Assembly: GCA_039096225.1 (NCBI GenBank)
Contig: JBBPEB010000023.1
Coordinates: 372,001 to 436,000, forward strand
Direction: 5' to 3'
Length of the DNA: 64,000 nucleotides
DNA from: Blastocystis sp. Blastoise
Taxonomy: Eukaryota; Protista; Bigyra: Opalinata
In this document: in pieces, positions 59,627 to 64,000 of the stretch
Numbering within the stretch: the first letter of the stretch is position 1
How the letters are laid out: every line of letters begins with the position of its first letter
The notes under the pieces: model-generated
What the model was told of the DNA's origin: nothing
The model's input: the letters and a program-made list of their open reading frames with translations, nothing else
Database searches by the model: none
Position numbers and translations under genes: made by a program

Positions 59627-62600
59627 ATGAATCCTGATTTAAAATGTGTATATAAAAAAAAATTATCTTTATTAATTTATTCTATCCATTTAAAGGCTGT
59701 AACAAAACTTGATATTGGTTTATCTGTCAAAAAGGAAAGACACAATATCCAAGTAACTGATGATGCTCTTTTTGTCAAGACTAACGATGCAACTATCATT
59801 GTAAATTTGATTCATTAGCTAATTCACATTATTTGTTTTTATCTAGAAATTCAATAAGGAAACTTTTGAAAAGATATGCAGTTATTCATCTACTGGAGTG
59901 AATATTTTAAAATGGTGTATAGCGAAAAACTTTATGGCTACTTGGGGTAATGATCTCACCATTAGAGTATGTTTTATAAAGACAGTATTGATGCTTTTAT
60001 TGTATTAGATATGGGATGAAATGGGGAACATGGTCAATAAAATAGATAATACTGCTTCAACTGTGAATAGTATTTGCTTTTCTTATGATGCATCAAAGCT
60101 TCTTATTTCTATGCCCAATAGACTTATTGTATCTTATTTTATTATATAAATTACAATAATATACTCCATCAAATATATAAAACTATTCATAAAACTTGAT
60201 TATTTACAGGGCTTATCTCCTTTGAATGGGTCGATGTTATATGCACGAGATCTTCCTTTTACTCCATCATATTTAACTTCAAGTAAAACGAAGTTTTATA
60301 TAGCAGGTACAAGTGGAATCATTTATGTAGGTTGTTATATCTTAAATAATATAATATAATATAATAATATAATATAATATAACAATAATATAATATAATA
60401 TAATATGATATAATAATATAATAATATAATAATATAATATAGAATAATAATATAGAATAATATAATATAATAATATAATAATATAATATAGAATAATAAT
60501 ATAGAATAATATAATAATAATATAATAATATAATATGATATAATATATATAGGTTGTTAATCCTGCTGATGGAAATTTACTTGTTTCGTATGATCCAATG
60601 GTTCCTTCTGATTGGACAGCAAATTCATTACCTACTCCAGAACTTACAAATTCTGAATTATCTTCATCAGATCCTTATGCTACAACAAAAATCAATATTT
60701 CTGAAGTAAAAAAACAATTGGTTGAATCTATTCCATCAAATAAGAATTGTGAAACAAATGATATTCTTGATATGATTCGTTGTGGATCAACTCGTTATAT
60801 CTTAAATACTTCTCAAGGTCTTTTTGAAATATTAGATACAAAGAAAAGTACAAGAACTATTATGTATAAAGATATAAATGCTTCATGTATATGTTCACTT
60901 GAAAAAAAGGTCATTCTTGGATTTAATAATGGAGATATTATTGTATGTAAATAAGTATTATATTAAAATAATATAAAATATAAATAATATATTAGCTTTA
61001 TAAATATAATTATATATATATAGTTATATGATAGTCATATGAGTACATTTACAGAAGCCTATAGAGATGAAAGTGAAATTATAGGTATAGATGCAGATCA
61101 TCAATATTTCTATTATGCTACTTTTAATGGTCACCTTAAAGTATTCTTTTTTTTAATTTTATTCTTTTATTTATTATATATATATATTAATCAATTATAT
61201 ACTATAATGTATTAACATGTTAAATGATGATATAATTATATATATATAACTATATATATAAATATATATATATTTTCTTTAGAAAACATCTATAGAGACA
61301 TATCAACCTGGATATAATGATAAATATATGTCAAAAGGACCTTCAAAATATTATATTCCTTATGTGAATATCACTGTTCCTGCTCCAATTACTAATGATA
61401 TTAATCAATTATTTCATGGTGAATCTCAAATAATACCCGTTCAACATGTAGAATCTAAACAAGGTATTGAATCAATTAATTTATACTCATTATATTATAT
61501 TAACTTAGAGATTATTATTATTTCATTATTTTTTATAATATAATTTATATTATATTAACATAGAATTATTATTATTTCATTATTTTTAAAAATATAATTT
61601 ATATTATATTAACATAGAATTATTATTATTTCATTATTTTTTATAATATAATTTATAATATAGTTATATAAAAATTATTATTATTTCATTATTTTTTATA
61701 ATATAATTTATAATATAGCTACAGAGACTCCCAATTCTTCTTTAAGACAATCTACATTTCGTCCTCCAACTACTTCTTTAGGCTATCAAACATTAACAAA
61801 GAAAAATGCTATGAATACTTTAAAGAATTCTAATGATAATTCGACATTACCTTCTTCTTCAATTTCTGAAATGAAAAATCCAAGTAATAGTCATCCTGTA
61901 TTTAAATTAAATACTAATAATACTATTATATCAACAAATGATACAAATAATACTTTATTAGAAACAAAGAAAACTATTTCTTCTTCATCATCAGACACTA
62001 CTATTTCAACAGAAACTATTCCTCAATTAAAACAAACAATAAAAGAATTAGAACAAAGCGTATTTGATATCAATAAATTATATTCTGAAGAAAAGAAAAA
62101 AAATGATGAACAATTTAAAGAAATTCAACTATTGAAAGACAAAAAGGATACTGATACTAATTCATCTTCTATTCAATCAAAAGATGTAGACCAAAGTTCT
62201 AAGAAACAAAAAGAGAGTGATGATACTATTAAAGCATTAAAGACTATAAATCAACAATTAAAGAAAGATTTAGAGAAATCTCAAATAATATTAGGTAAAG
62301 TCAGTGATGAAAATGAACGTTTATATAAAGAAAATAATATTATGAAGAAAGATTATGATTCTATTGTACAACAATTAAAATCTCTATCGAGTTCAAAAGA
62401 TTCAACACAATCTTTATTGAATTCTTCTGATAATAATAAAACTATTCAGAAAGATTCAATAGCTACAATTCAATCTCAATATGAAAAACAAATAGCTATT
62501 TTAAATTATAGTGTTGTTCAAATACAAAAACAATATGATACTATGAAAGATCGATTAATGAATTTATTAAAGAATTTAAAATATGAAATACCAAATCCAA

Positions 62601-64000
62601 CTACATCTGAAGATCCAATGGATCATTTTGAAGAAATATTGAATACTTATACAGAACAAATAACTGTTCTTATGGAGGATAATGATAAATTAGAAGAACA
62701 AATGAAAGAATATCAAAATAAAAATAGTTCTCCTATGATAAAAGAATTACCTGTATCTACTGTTAAAGAGAATTCTATGTCTTTAATTGCAAATACTGAG
62801 AATAATAAGAATTCAATGAAATCATCTGCAATAACAAATCCTTCTAGAAGAGCTTCAACTATATTATCTATGTCTATTCAAAATCAATCCATACATGATT
62901 GTACAGATGTTGAAACACTTCAAAAAGAATTAAAATTAATTACTGAAGAATTAAGTCGTTATAAGAAAGATAATGCAAATCTAAATTTACAAATCTCAAA
63001 AATAGTTGAATTAGCTTCACAGAATGAAGAAAGTGCTACGACAACAAAACAACTTTATTCTGAAACTCAAAAGAAATATGAAGAATTAAAGAAACAATAT
63101 GATTCTATAGTAAACTCAAAAACGAATACTCTTTCTCCTTCTTCACCTAGTGGTTTAAGTACATCGAGTATACCTACTACAGTTTCTGTATGTAAGAATT
63201 TATTAGAGAAATGTGGAGTTAATGAAGAACAAGTCATGAGAAATGAACAAGTAAACAGAAGTATGAATATTCTTATGGATAAAAATATGTCATTAGAAGA
63301 AATGAATAAGAAACTTATTGAAGAAAACAAACAAATGAAAGATAGTATTCAATTAAAGAATAGTACTACTAATAATAATAGTAATACTCCAAAGAATTCT
63401 ATTTCTCCTAAAGATATTGATGTTAATCAGATATGTATTAATTATCAAAATTTGATTCGTGAAACACAACAACTCTTTGAAGAAAAAGAAAAAGATACTG
63501 AGTATTGTAGACAATCTATAGAACAATATACTAGAGATAAAACTCGTATTCTTGAATATATAGAAGAAAATGTGAAATTAATGCAAACAAATCAAGAAAA
63601 ATTCTTTAATGATATTCTAGCTAAAATTCAAGCAGATAATAAAGTAAGTTTTTTAAATTTGTTTTTTATAATAATATATATATGAATTTATTTTTAATTA
63701 TATATATATATATAAAGATCCGTGAAAATCAATATAAGACTCTTGTTCAAAATACTAATAGTATACTTATAATATCTATAATTATTTATATTCTATAATA
63801 TATATATATAAATAAAGATTTATTTATATATAGATATTTATAACATATTTATATATAGATACATCAAATAGCATTGTTACATTAGATTCTGTAAAGAATA
63901 TCAATACAGCCTATGTTTGTTATTGTTCATATATGAATTCTCAATATGATATTTTCAAGCAATTATTGAATCTCATTAAAACACCAAGTCTATTATTACC
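59627..64000 (+). CDS. WD40-like beta-propeller N-terminus plus long coiled coil; runs off the right edge
   Basis: ATWGNDLTIRIWD, VNSICFSYDASKLL, VILGFNNGDIILYD repeats; exon of about 1.9 kb rich in heptad E/K/Q/L; junctions traced in frame. Confidence 0.7.
61500..61715. repeat. Intronic minisatellite of about 57-59 nt, about four copies
   Basis: attattattatttcattattttt..aatataatttata unit repeated. Confidence 0.8.

Overview
Extremely AT-rich (roughly 20% GC by eye), gene-dense, intron-rich eukaryotic nuclear DNA. The gene set (BTB-like/TLDc expansions, glycine cleavage H protein with a presequence, a U12 intron, short 5' introns) suggests a Blastocystis-like stramenopile; this is inference, not established. 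Manual exon tracing gives about 20 protein genes: PHD-finger protein (partial), two tandem BTB-like/TLDc paralogues, a BTB-like/LRR-like gene with an internal TGA, SPT6, a small multi-exon membrane protein, two SARAF-like paralogues, DPM1, GCSH, a CPTP/GLTP-family gene, a double Coa1/Tim21-like gene, NF-YC, a CxxC protein, a PTB/hnRNP L-like RRM gene, transportin-1, eIF4G, a C2orf69-like gene, a membrane protein, V-ATPase subunit a and a WD40/coiled-coil gene (partial). There is also one tRNA-Glu(CTC). Most short ORFs in the supplied track are read-through into intronic microsatellites. The most notable signal is in the splicing. Most introns start GTATATA and end TATATAG, so their ends are inverted repeats. 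Three introns are nothing but G(TA)nG. There is also an AT-AC U12 intron, an apparent GT-AA intron in V-ATPase a, and 5-nt and possibly 2-nt micro-exons. Separately, a CCGCGG palindrome recurs in the exons of the longest genes. All gene models are hand-traced and lack transcript support.
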